Positions 14,912 to 23,597 of a stretch of 32,000 nt of DNA are shown one piece after another. Position numbers and translations under genes: made by a program. Location of the stretch: NCBI RefSeq assembly GCF_001306055.1, contig NZ_LGHJ01000016.1:150001-182000 (forward strand). The letters run 5' to 3'. The DNA is from Bellilinea caldifistulae (lineage in GTDB: Bacteria > Chloroflexota > Anaerolineae > Anaerolineales > Anaerolineaceae). The notes under the pieces were generated by a model. It saw only the letters and a list, made by a program, of their open reading frames with translations. It did no database searches and had not been told where the DNA came from. The first letter of the stretch is position 1. Each line of letters starts with the position of its first letter.

Positions 14912-14940
14912 ATTTTAGGTGATTTATGGACGAAAAACAA
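14912..14940 (-). promoter_or_regulatory. Possible promoter giving a leaderless transcript of the antisense membrane gene
   Basis: On the minus strand: TTGTTT (14940-14935), a 17-nt spacer, then TAAAAT (14917-14912), with the ATG 6 nt further on. No SD is present. The -35 match is weak. Confidence 0.3.
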
Positions 14941-17019
14941 CTCCGGTTTTTGTTGATGTTCGGATCAGACGCTTCGAAAGCGCAGGAAGACTTCAAAAAA
15001 TTGCAATCTCGCGCCGAGGAACTTCAAAAACGTATGCAAACCTTGCGCGAGACGATGAAATTGCATCAGGCGGTTGGTAAAGATGTAACTGCTCTTGAAA
15101 AAGAATTACAAGCGATTACCCACGAATTAGTAGAATTGGATCAAAAAGCGCAGCGCGCTCAAACCGCATTGCGTGGCATGGCCAATAGTTCACGGGATAT
15201 ACGTGATAATTTATTCAACCTGCGCGACATTGGCGAAAAACTCGACCGGATTGGTGGAACATTTGAGCGCTTTGGTAGAGGCATATTGTCGCCGTTAACC
15301 GGATCAATCCAATCTTACTTGCAATCCGCATCGCCTTTTGACACGGTTGCTTTTGCCTGGAAGCAAGCCCAAATGGATATACAGCAATCTTTCATGCGGA
15401 TTGGTGCCGTAGCCACAAATGAACTATTGCCGGCCCTGCGTATGGCTGCCGATTTGGTTGCTAAAATTGCTAACCTGGTTGAGCGTAATCCTGATCTGGT
15501 CAAGGCCGGCTTGATGTTTGGCGGAAGTCTGGTTGCAATTGGCGGGCTGGCACAATTGGCTGGGCAGATTACGATGCTGGTTGGGGTTACAAAGGCGCTC
15601 AATATTCCGGCCTTGCTCGGCAGTATAGGTAGTGCTGGCGGTGCACTGCTCAATCCATATGTTGGCGTGACTGCTCTGGTTGGCATGGGCGCAGCGGCCG
15701 GTTACAGCGCATTATCCCGCACTGATTTTGGCGCGCAGCGCAATATGCAGGCAGCACCGGGACAATTGGCTACCATTGCGGCTTATTATTCCGGCCGTAT
15801 TGGATTATTTGGTTCCGAAGAACGCGGGCAGCAGTGGGCAATGATGATTGGTCAATTGACGGGAGTAGTTGAAAAACATGCCGAAGCCGCCCAGCGTGAT
15901 GCAATGGCAACCCAACAACAACTAGATGCATTTGCTGCTTATGAGCAAGCCCAGCAGCAGCGTACTGAGTATGAAAGGCGGGCACAGGCAGAGCGCAATC
16001 AGATTATCGCTGAGTTCGCTGCTCAACGGGTAGAAATTGAACGAAACTACGAAAATAATCGCAAATCGCTGATTGCTCAATATGCCGAACAGCGTCTGCG
16101 TCTGATGCGCGATTTTGCCCGCACCGAACGGCAGGCAGAGCAGGACTATTATCAAAACCGGCTCAAACTATCTCAAACATATCAGGTTGATGTTCGGCGG
16201 GCAGAAGAAGATCACCAACGGCGGATGCGGCAATTACGCCAAGAACATGATGAACGTTTGCAGGAGTTAATCGAAAATCGGGATGCGCTGGGTATTATTC
16301 GTGAAAAACGATCTTATGAACGCCGTCGGCAAGAGGAAGAAGAGACGTATCGAATACAATCTGCCCGCCGGTCCGAAGATTTTGCCCGTCAAATTCAGGA
16401 AATGGAGAGCCAGTTTGCCATACAGCGCCAGCGTCGTCTGGAGGATTATCGCCTACAACTCAATGATATGGCAGAACAGCACCGGCAGCGTATGGCTCAA
16501 TTGGCCGTGCAGCGAGCAGAGGAATTGAAGCGGCTGGATGAACAGCAGCGCAAACGGTTGCAGCAGTTTGACCGGCAGTATCAGAACGAATTACAGCAGC
16601 TGCGCAATGCCGAACAAAATCGGCTCAATGTCCTGCGAATGCTGGCATTGAATGATCAAGCCTTACTCCAAAGAACCGGCGCAGAACTTACAGCCCGATA
16701 CAAAGCCTGGCTGGAACAACAAGTCAAAGGCTTTTTGGACACAAAACCACAGCGGCGCGCATCAGGCGGTCTGGTCAATGCCTGGCAGCCTTATTTGGTA
16801 GGCGAGCAGGGACCGGAATTGTTTGTTCCCGGAATTAGCGGAACCATCGTACCGAGCTCATTGACCCGCGCCATGCTCTCGGATACTCAGTATAGGGGGG
16901 AGAAAGTTGTCAATATGCGAATTGAAACATCCAGTCTGACGCTAAATCAAGTCATGCGAGAGGTGGAGCGGCGCTTGGATCGGCGGGACCGCGTGCTGGC
17001 ACGGGCAATAGGAGGTTAA
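14926..17019 (+). CDS. Tail tape measure protein
   Basis: A 697-aa protein directly after G/GT. It has N-terminal coiled coils and a hydrophobic Gly/Ala-rich segment (GLMFGGSLVAIGGLAQLAGQITMLVGV). The C-terminal motif LVGEQGPELFVPGISGTIVP is common in tape measures. Confidence 0.9.
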   Translation: MDEKQLRFLLMFGSDASKAQEDFKKLQSRAEELQKRMQTLRETMKLHQAVGKDVTALEKELQAITHELVELDQKAQRAQTALRGMANSSRDIRDNLFNLRDIGEKLDRIGGTFERFGRGILSPLTGSIQSYLQSASPFDTVAFAWKQAQMDIQQSFMRIGAVATNELLPALRMAADLVAKIANLVERNPDLVKAGLMFGGSLVAIGGLAQLAGQITMLVGVTKALNIPALLGSIGSAGGALLNPYVGVTALVGMGAAAGYSALSRTDFGAQRNMQAAPGQLATIAAYYSGRIGLFGSEERGQQWAMMIGQLTGVVEKHAEAAQRDAMATQQQLDAFAAYEQAQQQRTEYERRAQAERNQIIAEFAAQRVEIERNYENNRKSLIAQYAEQRLRLMRDFARTERQAEQDYYQNRLKLSQTYQVDVRRAEEDHQRRMRQLRQEHDERLQELIENRDALGIIREKRSYERRRQEEEETYRIQSARRSEDFARQIQEMESQFAIQRQRRLEDYRLQLNDMAEQHRQRMAQLAVQRAEELKRLDEQQRKRLQQFDRQYQNELQQLRNAEQNRLNVLRMLALNDQALLQRTGAELTARYKAWLEQQVKGFLDTKPQRRASGGLVNAWQPYLVGEQGPELFVPGISGTIVPSSLTRAMLSDTQYRGEKVVNMRIETSSLTLNQVMREVERRLDRRDRVLARAIGG

Positions 17020-17020
17020 C

Positions 17021-17398
17021 ATGGCCGATTTCAGAATCGGGACTTCGCAGGACAATATGACAAATATTGAATTATTAACCGTACCGTTGCCTGTACCGCG
17101 TTCGATCTTTCGCGAGTATGCAGAAATAGTAACAGCAGCAAGCGGGCGGGCGTACGGCCGCGGTTTACCGGTTTGTAAGTGGATTTTTTCTGTGTTGACT
17201 TCTGGGCAGCGGCAGCAGTTGAAATCCTACTGTGCCGGAGCATCGGCAGTGGTATATATCCGCACAATAGCCAATGATGACCAGTACTACAACTACCGTG
17301 CCATCATGCATTGGCCGAATGAAGAAGAGCGTGATCCTTCGAAGCGCCGAGACAGACTGGAATTTGAAATTGAATTTACTCATCTGGAAAAACTATGA
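17021..17398 (+). CDS. Minor/distal tail protein (125 aa)
   Basis: SD GGAGG. It sits immediately after the tape measure and is ATGA-coupled to the next tail gene. Confidence 0.55.
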   Translation: MADFRIGTSQDNMTNIELLTVPLPVPRSIFREYAEIVTAASGRAYGRGLPVCKWIFSVLTSGQRQQLKSYCAGASAVVYIRTIANDDQYYNYRAIMHWPNEEERDPSKRRDRLEFEIEFTHLEKL

Positions 17399-20208
17399 GC
17401 CGTGCTTTGACTTCTCAAGAGTTGCAAATCTTGCGTTCGGATGGTCTGGCTACAAAACTGTTTGCCATTATTGATCAGCCTGTTACTGTTTTTAGTTGTC
17501 GGGTAAATCAAACTTTTTCGGGCAGTGAACCGATCGCACAAATTACGTATAACAATGCCAGTGGGAACATGAACAATGTGTTGTCTGGCATGACCGTTTT
17601 GGTTGGCAGCACTGCTGGCGCATGGGATAAAGGCCTGGCGCGGGTGCGGAAAACATGGACAAGCAGTATTGCTTATATTGGGGAAACATCCGAAATAGAA
17701 TGGACAAATGGTCTTTATCTGACTGTAATAGATGAATTTTCAATTTGGCCGCGGCATTTACGGATGATCGGTGAAACGCCATATATGGATTACGACATTC
17801 CGTATAGCGATCAGCACAACAATTTCAATCCGGTTGTTGTAATGGGACCGGATCGGGTTGTCAAACTAAATAGTGCCAGTGTGAATATCAATTTGGATGC
17901 GTCTCCATCCTGGGCGTTTGGTAGCACGATTACTCAATATGCCTGGGGGGTTGTGAGTGGTAGTGGTACTTTGACGAATGCAAATACCGCAACGCCTATT
18001 TTGACCGTTACCACACCGGGACGAATTGTTTTGCGCTGCACTGTAACGGCGGCAAATGGAAAGAGCAGTACAGGGTATCGAACGATTTATGTTTACGATG
18101 ACAGTACAACTTTGACGGAAGTGCAATTAGATGACCTGACAGGCAATTTGGATCAGGGTGGATATGAATTCAGTGTATTGCTGCCAAAGCCGGTATCCAT
18201 TGTGCCGCGTGATTATTTGAAGGTTATTTTGTTTGCTGAAGAATATCCGCAATCCATAGGGTTTAATGGTGCTGAAAACATTCTGGCAATCGGCTGGCTG
18301 GATGAAAAAGAATGCATGGTAGATGAACAAAGTGGTCAAAGCCGGTTAGCGGTGAAAGGTGCACAATACTGGCTTGGGCGAATGATGGCTTTTCCGACCG
18401 GCGTGGAAAACACCAGCAGCACTCCAACACAATGGACGCAAATACAGGGATTGACGGTTGACAAAGCCATCTGGCATTTGCTGTATTGGCGCAGCACTCT
18501 GCCGAATTGCGCGGATGTGATACTGAGTGGTGATACACGAATTGCGCCGGCATTCAGAGCGGTGGGAAACTTGTGGCAGCAAATCAAATTGATTGCCGAA
18601 GAAAGCATTCTGGCCACGCCGTTTTGCGATTCGTACAATCGTTTTCTGTTGCAGGTCCATCCTAACTTGCGGACTGCTGCCGCAAGAACAAATATTCCGA
18701 TTATCATGTCGCTTTCAAAAGACGATTATGAGTCTGTTGAGGTTTCAATCCGAAGTACGAATGTGGCGCAATATGAAGTTTCCGGTATTGGTCAAAACAA
18801 TGAGCCAATTCTGGCTAAATCACCCGGTAAAGTTTTTGGGCGTTTCGGTCAGATACTCAGTAAAGAAGGACTTCTGTTCAGTAACAATCAAAATGCTTTG
18901 GAAACGGCCGGTTTGCTATTTACTCGTGAGAAACGGTTGTATGATTTTACAATTCATCTTATAAGTCCAAATAGGGTAATTAGTTTAGTGCCGTTTGGAT
19001 TTTTATCTCTAGTAATAAATGAAGCGGATACACCAGCGAAGATAACTTTTTCTGGCAATGTCATTCCATATCGTGTTGAATATAGTTTTTCAAATGGGAT
19101 ATTGAAGCAAACGGTTTTTGCTGAACCAGAAGTGTTTCCAAGCATTGCTCAAAATATTATTGTGCCTGCGACACCGATTGTTGGCACACCTGAATTTTCT
19201 TTGCCGGATTTTGAGTTACCCACCTGGCCGGCATTGACGCCGGGGCGATTTTCGCCGCCTCTGATACCAGGTGATGACCCGCTGCCGCCCGAAGAAGGCG
19301 CGACCTGTCCCGTAAACGCTCCGGCCAATGGACCTTACATCTGGTCAATGTTTTATACACTGGTCAGTAACAGTACGTATCGTGTCAATTTGCCGATACG
19401 AGTTGTGATTCGATCCAGTAATCATGACAATAAGACGGTTTGGGGCATCCGTGGTCGGTTTTTGAAACTTAATCAGGATACCAATGTCTGGGAAGAAACG
19501 AATGAAAATACGTTTTACAACATTTATGCTTACAACAGCGCCGGGCAGCGAATAGCTACTGGTTTGAAAGACACGGTTTCCGATTGGCGTTACCGCACAG
19601 GAACTTTTCAACCGCCGGCTGCGGCAGAAATTGCTTATATCGGTGTGGAAATTGAGGCAGATTTGTTACGGCCAACGACCATTTATCCAGAAGTTGAAGC
19701 AGGTCATTTTTGGGATGATTGGGGTAGGGAACATGGCGAGCTGTCTTGGGGTTATCTCGGCGCTGGAATTTGGGCATTTATCAAGAACGCAAAATTAACC
19801 TACAACTATTCATGGAATGTATTCACAAAATTGAGACTTGGTGACTACTATGAATATTACCATGTGCCGTTCGTTATAAAACAAAAGGTACATGCATCTC
19901 AGGATAAAGGAAATATACTGTGGGCGCAAGGACAATTGCGATCGGATGCATTGGGTTGGACAGAGTTATGGTATGACGATTTTGCGGATGGTTTGATAAC
20001 ACCGCCATATCTCTGGTTTGTAGGCAAGGAATCTCAAGCGCTAGGCAGAGCATATACACACATAACTACAGCATTTGAAATACGTCCATCCGGTCAGACT
20101 CAGATTGTCATGCAGCATTACATCGAATGCTGGCGTAAGGCACGATATAAAATCGAATTACAAACTGTTGAGTTATGGAACGTTTGTCCTGTACCGAAGG
20201 AGGGATGA
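17395..20208 (+). CDS. Large tail tip/baseplate protein (937 aa) with PKD/Ig-like domain
   Basis: The call rests on position in the tail module. Residues encoded at about 17830-18105 (INLDASPSWAFGSTITQYAWGVVSGSGTLTNANTATPILTV...VTAANGKSSTGYRTIYVYD) look PKD-like. Confidence 0.65.
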   Translation: MSRALTSQELQILRSDGLATKLFAIIDQPVTVFSCRVNQTFSGSEPIAQITYNNASGNMNNVLSGMTVLVGSTAGAWDKGLARVRKTWTSSIAYIGETSEIEWTNGLYLTVIDEFSIWPRHLRMIGETPYMDYDIPYSDQHNNFNPVVVMGPDRVVKLNSASVNINLDASPSWAFGSTITQYAWGVVSGSGTLTNANTATPILTVTTPGRIVLRCTVTAANGKSSTGYRTIYVYDDSTTLTEVQLDDLTGNLDQGGYEFSVLLPKPVSIVPRDYLKVILFAEEYPQSIGFNGAENILAIGWLDEKECMVDEQSGQSRLAVKGAQYWLGRMMAFPTGVENTSSTPTQWTQIQGLTVDKAIWHLLYWRSTLPNCADVILSGDTRIAPAFRAVGNLWQQIKLIAEESILATPFCDSYNRFLLQVHPNLRTAAARTNIPIIMSLSKDDYESVEVSIRSTNVAQYEVSGIGQNNEPILAKSPGKVFGRFGQILSKEGLLFSNNQNALETAGLLFTREKRLYDFTIHLISPNRVISLVPFGFLSLVINEADTPAKITFSGNVIPYRVEYSFSNGILKQTVFAEPEVFPSIAQNIIVPATPIVGTPEFSLPDFELPTWPALTPGRFSPPLIPGDDPLPPEEGATCPVNAPANGPYIWSMFYTLVSNSTYRVNLPIRVVIRSSNHDNKTVWGIRGRFLKLNQDTNVWEETNENTFYNIYAYNSAGQRIATGLKDTVSDWRYRTGTFQPPAAAEIAYIGVEIEADLLRPTTIYPEVEAGHFWDDWGREHGELSWGYLGAGIWAFIKNAKLTYNYSWNVFTKLRLGDYYEYYHVPFVIKQKVHASQDKGNILWAQGQLRSDALGWTELWYDDFADGLITPPYLWFVGKESQALGRAYTHITTAFEIRPSGQTQIVMQHYIECWRKARYKIELQTVELWNVCPVPKEG

Positions 20209-22079
20209 TGAATAATTTGCAAAATGCATTGGCAAAATTAATCAAACACAAGCAGGATATTCTTACCGCTTATCCTGCTCGTTTGGGTGACGGCTCTGGA
20301 AAAGTTATTGCTGGTGCGGGTTTAGTCTATGTGCGTGTAGATGATAGCGTTACTATTGCGGCTTGCACGAACGTACCGCCAATTCATGATCTGAACGTTT
20401 GGGTGGGGTATGACCAGTTCCAGACAAGTCTGTTACGCGTATTGGGTCAGCGGGATATAACCGGTAAGCAAGATTTTGCGCCGGGGGTTTCAGCCCACGC
20501 TACCATGCATGAGTTTATGGGTGCGGGATCGCTGGGTGGTACCGATGTGATCAAAGTGCAATTGCAACAATTTATGCCGTTGGCAGTTTGGCCATATCAG
20601 CAACTAAAAGTTATTGTCTATCCCGGCGTCGTATGGATTGATAATCAATATAAATTGATTGCAGACACGAATCAATACGGCAAGCCTGTACCAAAAGTTA
20701 TTGACTTCACTGAGTATCCAGCACCGGCGGTTAACAAGGAAATGTATTATCTGATCGGTATTGATAATACAGGCAATATACAAGTGGTAGGCGGCACGCA
20801 GGTGGATTGGGGGACGATTACACTCAATGATATACCAGACATACCATCCGTGATGCGTTATCCGCTCGCGGCAGTGCGGCGAACAAATGAGCAAGATGCA
20901 ATTGTAATGAATCGCGAATCTTCCGATATTGTAGATTTGCGGTTTCCGCTGGCACACAAGCATACGGAGAACGATTTACCCAATAATGCTTTGAAGATTG
21001 GTGGGTATCCTGTGGACGTCAGTGGACTAACCGTGGGCAATACGTTGGTCTTCGATGGGACAAAATTTGCACCGGGCGATGCCGTTGGGGGGGGAGGGGG
21101 AATTCATTGGTACGTGGATGGACATCTTGAATCTAGCAGTGTAATTGTTCGCTCGTACGTTGCGCCGCGCGACATGACCATCCGCAAAATCTTTATGATG
21201 TTAGAGCAACTAGGCACAAGCGGGACGACTACGATTGATATTCGCAAGAACGGCACAACGATTTTTACCAATCCGACCAGCAAGCCGTCATTGGCGTACA
21301 ACGCAAGCAACAGCGTAACAAGTGCAGTGTCAGAAGTAACCAGTGTTAGCGAAGGCGATATTTTGACACTACACTTAGACAGTGCGGCAATTGGCGCAGA
21401 GGGCCTGAATGTAGTGATTGACACCAGTAGTGGTGGAGGTGGTAGTGTTAGCGGTTTTGATGTTGGCATTGACGCGCCAATAAACTGGCCGTCGTCGCAA
21501 CACAACGAGGAGTTCGACCAGTCGCTCGGCTCAAACTGGACTACCGTCAACATGGGGAGTAACTGGTACGGTGTAGCCAATGGCGCGCTGATTGTTAAAC
21601 TCACAGGAGTTACAGACGAAAATGCAAGAATGGTGGCGAAGCCGATACCGTCGGGCAACTGGGTCTGTTACGCAAAAGTCGGCCTCGTCTCGCCAACATA
21701 CGGTAGTGTTTCTAATTTTGTTAGCGTTGGAATCGGATTGTACGACCAAAACAGTGGAAGATTTGGATTACTGATGAATCAGCGAAACACGAGCGCCATT
21801 GAACTGTGTTTCCAGCTATGGAGCAGCTCATCTGCATGGGCGTCGTCCGTCTTCTCTGAAACGAACGTGCAGTATTTCCACCCGTACTTAATGATGGCTA
21901 AAAAATCCTCCGGATGGGACTTTGGATTTTCCTATGATGGTGCGGCTTTTGCGACATTTCTTTCTGGTTATAATCTCACGTATTTAACGCCAACTCACAT
22001 CGGCATGTTTGTGCAAAATCGTGTGGGTAACCGCCAGTCCGCCCACACCATGCACTGGATGCGCTTCGAGATTCTGTAG
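20205..22079 (+). CDS. Tail fibre / receptor-binding protein 1 with ConA/LamG-like C-terminal domain
   Basis: SD GGAGG precedes ATG 20205 (ATGA overlap). Two Gly5 linkers are present. The C-terminal ~200 aa are a beta-rich jelly-roll-like sequence. Confidence 0.65.
   Translation: MMNNLQNALAKLIKHKQDILTAYPARLGDGSGKVIAGAGLVYVRVDDSVTIAACTNVPPIHDLNVWVGYDQFQTSLLRVLGQRDITGKQDFAPGVSAHATMHEFMGAGSLGGTDVIKVQLQQFMPLAVWPYQQLKVIVYPGVVWIDNQYKLIADTNQYGKPVPKVIDFTEYPAPAVNKEMYYLIGIDNTGNIQVVGGTQVDWGTITLNDIPDIPSVMRYPLAAVRRTNEQDAIVMNRESSDIVDLRFPLAHKHTENDLPNNALKIGGYPVDVSGLTVGNTLVFDGTKFAPGDAVGGGGGIHWYVDGHLESSSVIVRSYVAPRDMTIRKIFMMLEQLGTSGTTTIDIRKNGTTIFTNPTSKPSLAYNASNSVTSAVSEVTSVSEGDILTLHLDSAAIGAEGLNVVIDTSSGGGGSVSGFDVGIDAPINWPSSQHNEEFDQSLGSNWTTVNMGSNWYGVANGALIVKLTGVTDENARMVAKPIPSGNWVCYAKVGLVSPTYGSVSNFVSVGIGLYDQNSGRFGLLMNQRNTSAIELCFQLWSSSSAWASSVFSETNVQYFHPYLMMAKKSSGWDFGFSYDGAAFATFLSGYNLTYLTPTHIGMFVQNRVGNRQSAHTMHWMRFEIL
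21087..21100 (+). repeat. Homopolymeric G8-A-G5 tract inside the fibre gene
   Basis: GGGGGGGGAGGGGG encodes the GGGGG linker (codons GGG GGG GGA GGG GGA). Confidence 0.9.
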
Positions 22080-22088
22080 GAGGCATTT

Positions 22089-23177
22089 ATGAAGATTAAC
22101 GACCAGCAGTTTGGGAGACCGCAGATATTATACAAGGCGACAAAGGTGCAGATTGAGGCTACGCCAAACCCACAGGCCGGCATGATTGCGTTTGCGACAG
22201 ACACCAATCAGATAGGGATTTACACCAGCGGTGGATGGCAGTGGGGCAGTGGCGGCGATATGCTCAAAGCAGTTTACGACGTGGATAACGATGGCATTGT
22301 AGATGCCGCCGAGAGTGTAGATTGGAATGGAGTGCAAAATAAGCCGTCTACCTACCCGCCGTCCAGTCATCAGCACGCTGCTAGCGATGTAACCAGCGGC
22401 GTGTTTGACCCTGCCCGCATTCCAAACCTGGACGCAAGCAAAATCACAAGCGGGACGCTGAGCACGGACAGGTTTTCGGCATATAACGATCTGGTTGCCG
22501 AAAGTCGAATCGGTCTTGGGACGGATAGGGTTGTAGATGGTGTTTATCTGCGCAGTGCGCTAAATAAAAGCAGCAACATCGTAGAGGATTTTACATCGTC
22601 ATCTGCGCCATCCGGTTGGCAGTGGGCAGGCAGTCCATTTGTCACGCCACCAGGCGTTACATTCGGCTATTCTGGCACGCTGCTGCGCGCTTATAACATT
22701 TCTGGCTCGTTCCGTGCGTTTTTTTACAAAACACCTGTTCCGTCTTTGTATTCTTATTCTGCGCTTTGCGGCTTTGATGTCGGGTCAGGATCGGCGGACA
22801 TTGGTATTCGACTGGATGACGGAACGGATAACAATTACGCCGAGGTTGTTTGGCGCAACATTTACAGCACAACCGATCCAAACATCCGTGTCCACATCCG
22901 AATGCGAACTGGCGGTGGGACGGTTGTTGAGACAGAGGTTACAAATATGCGCCTTGCTTACATTCCTGCGTTTGACCGTCTCACGCTTATTGCTTTTGGC
23001 ACCAGATGGTCTTCCTGGGATCCGCGTGCCGCCATTGATAATATCAATATACGTTTATCTGGTTCGCAAGTTCCCGGATCAAATGTGTCATGGACGCCGC
23101 AGCGGGTCGGAATTGTAATTTCCTGTGCCAACGCGCAAACATGGCACAACTACACTGTGGATGCGGTGGCGTTCTAG
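22089..23177 (+). CDS. Tail fibre protein 2
   Basis: SD AGGAGG. The motifs STYPPSSHQHAASDVTSGVFDPARIPNLDASKITSGTLSTDRF are typical of phage tail fibres. The C-terminal domain is beta-rich. Confidence 0.75.
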   Translation: MKINDQQFGRPQILYKATKVQIEATPNPQAGMIAFATDTNQIGIYTSGGWQWGSGGDMLKAVYDVDNDGIVDAAESVDWNGVQNKPSTYPPSSHQHAASDVTSGVFDPARIPNLDASKITSGTLSTDRFSAYNDLVAESRIGLGTDRVVDGVYLRSALNKSSNIVEDFTSSSAPSGWQWAGSPFVTPPGVTFGYSGTLLRAYNISGSFRAFFYKTPVPSLYSYSALCGFDVGSGSADIGIRLDDGTDNNYAEVVWRNIYSTTDPNIRVHIRMRTGGGTVVETEVTNMRLAYIPAFDRLTLIAFGTRWSSWDPRAAIDNINIRLSGSQVPGSNVSWTPQRVGIVISCANAQTWHNYTVDAVAF

Positions 23178-23188
23178 TGGAGGCGCTT

Positions 23189-23593
23189 ATGTTGATTTAT
23201 GAGACCGATACTGAGTACATCCTCGAACACGAAAACATCCGCATCATTGCGGATAAAAAGCAATGCCCTGCGGATTACGTCAGTTATCTGCAATCCGAGC
23301 TGGAAAATGCGCTGGCAGGCGCCAAAAGCGCTTCGCAATTAATCGAGGTTGACGGCAAGCTGGTTGCTGTCGAAGAGCCACCCAAGCCGCGCCTGACTGA
23401 ATGGTCGAAGTGGCAAATCATCCGAGAAAAGCGGAATAGATTACTCGCCGAAAGCGACTGGACGCAAACACCTGACGCACCGCTTGATGATAAAAAGAGA
23501 GCCGAGTGGCGCGCATATCGTCAGGCGCTGCGAGAAATACCGCAGCGGTTTGAGCGAGCGGATGACGTGGCATGGCCGGAATGTCCGAAATGA
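23189..23593 (+). CDS. Tail fibre assembly chaperone
   Basis: SD GGAGG precedes ATG 23189. The C-terminus RNRLLAESDWTQTPDAPLDDKKRAEWRAYRQALREIPQRF...VAWPECP matches the phage tail assembly chaperone-like domain pattern. Confidence 0.7.
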   Translation: MLIYETDTEYILEHENIRIIADKKQCPADYVSYLQSELENALAGAKSASQLIEVDGKLVAVEEPPKPRLTEWSKWQIIREKRNRLLAESDWTQTPDAPLDDKKRAEWRAYRQALREIPQRFERADDVAWPECPK

Positions 23594-23597
23594 CGCA

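Noticed and set aside
14652-14918. Plus-strand 88-aa ORF in the chaperone/tape-measure gap
   Set aside because: The product is compositionally non-protein-like (polar, low complexity), and there is no SD. The opposite strand encodes a clean two-TM protein.
21104-21658. 184-aa minus-strand ORF, along with other long antisense or alternative-frame ORFs (e.g. 2657..3097, 15315..15686, 18336..18707, 22639..23118, 13872..14309)
   Set aside because: All lie entirely inside strongly supported genes, lack SD sequences, and have Ser/Pro/Arg-rich shadow-ORF composition.
20205-23177. A diversity-generating retroelement or invertible (shufflon/Gin-type) fibre segment
   Set aside because: There is no reverse transcriptase, no serine invertase, and no template/variable repeat pair that I could see. 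The adjacent tyrosine recombinase is a standard tRNA-site integrase.
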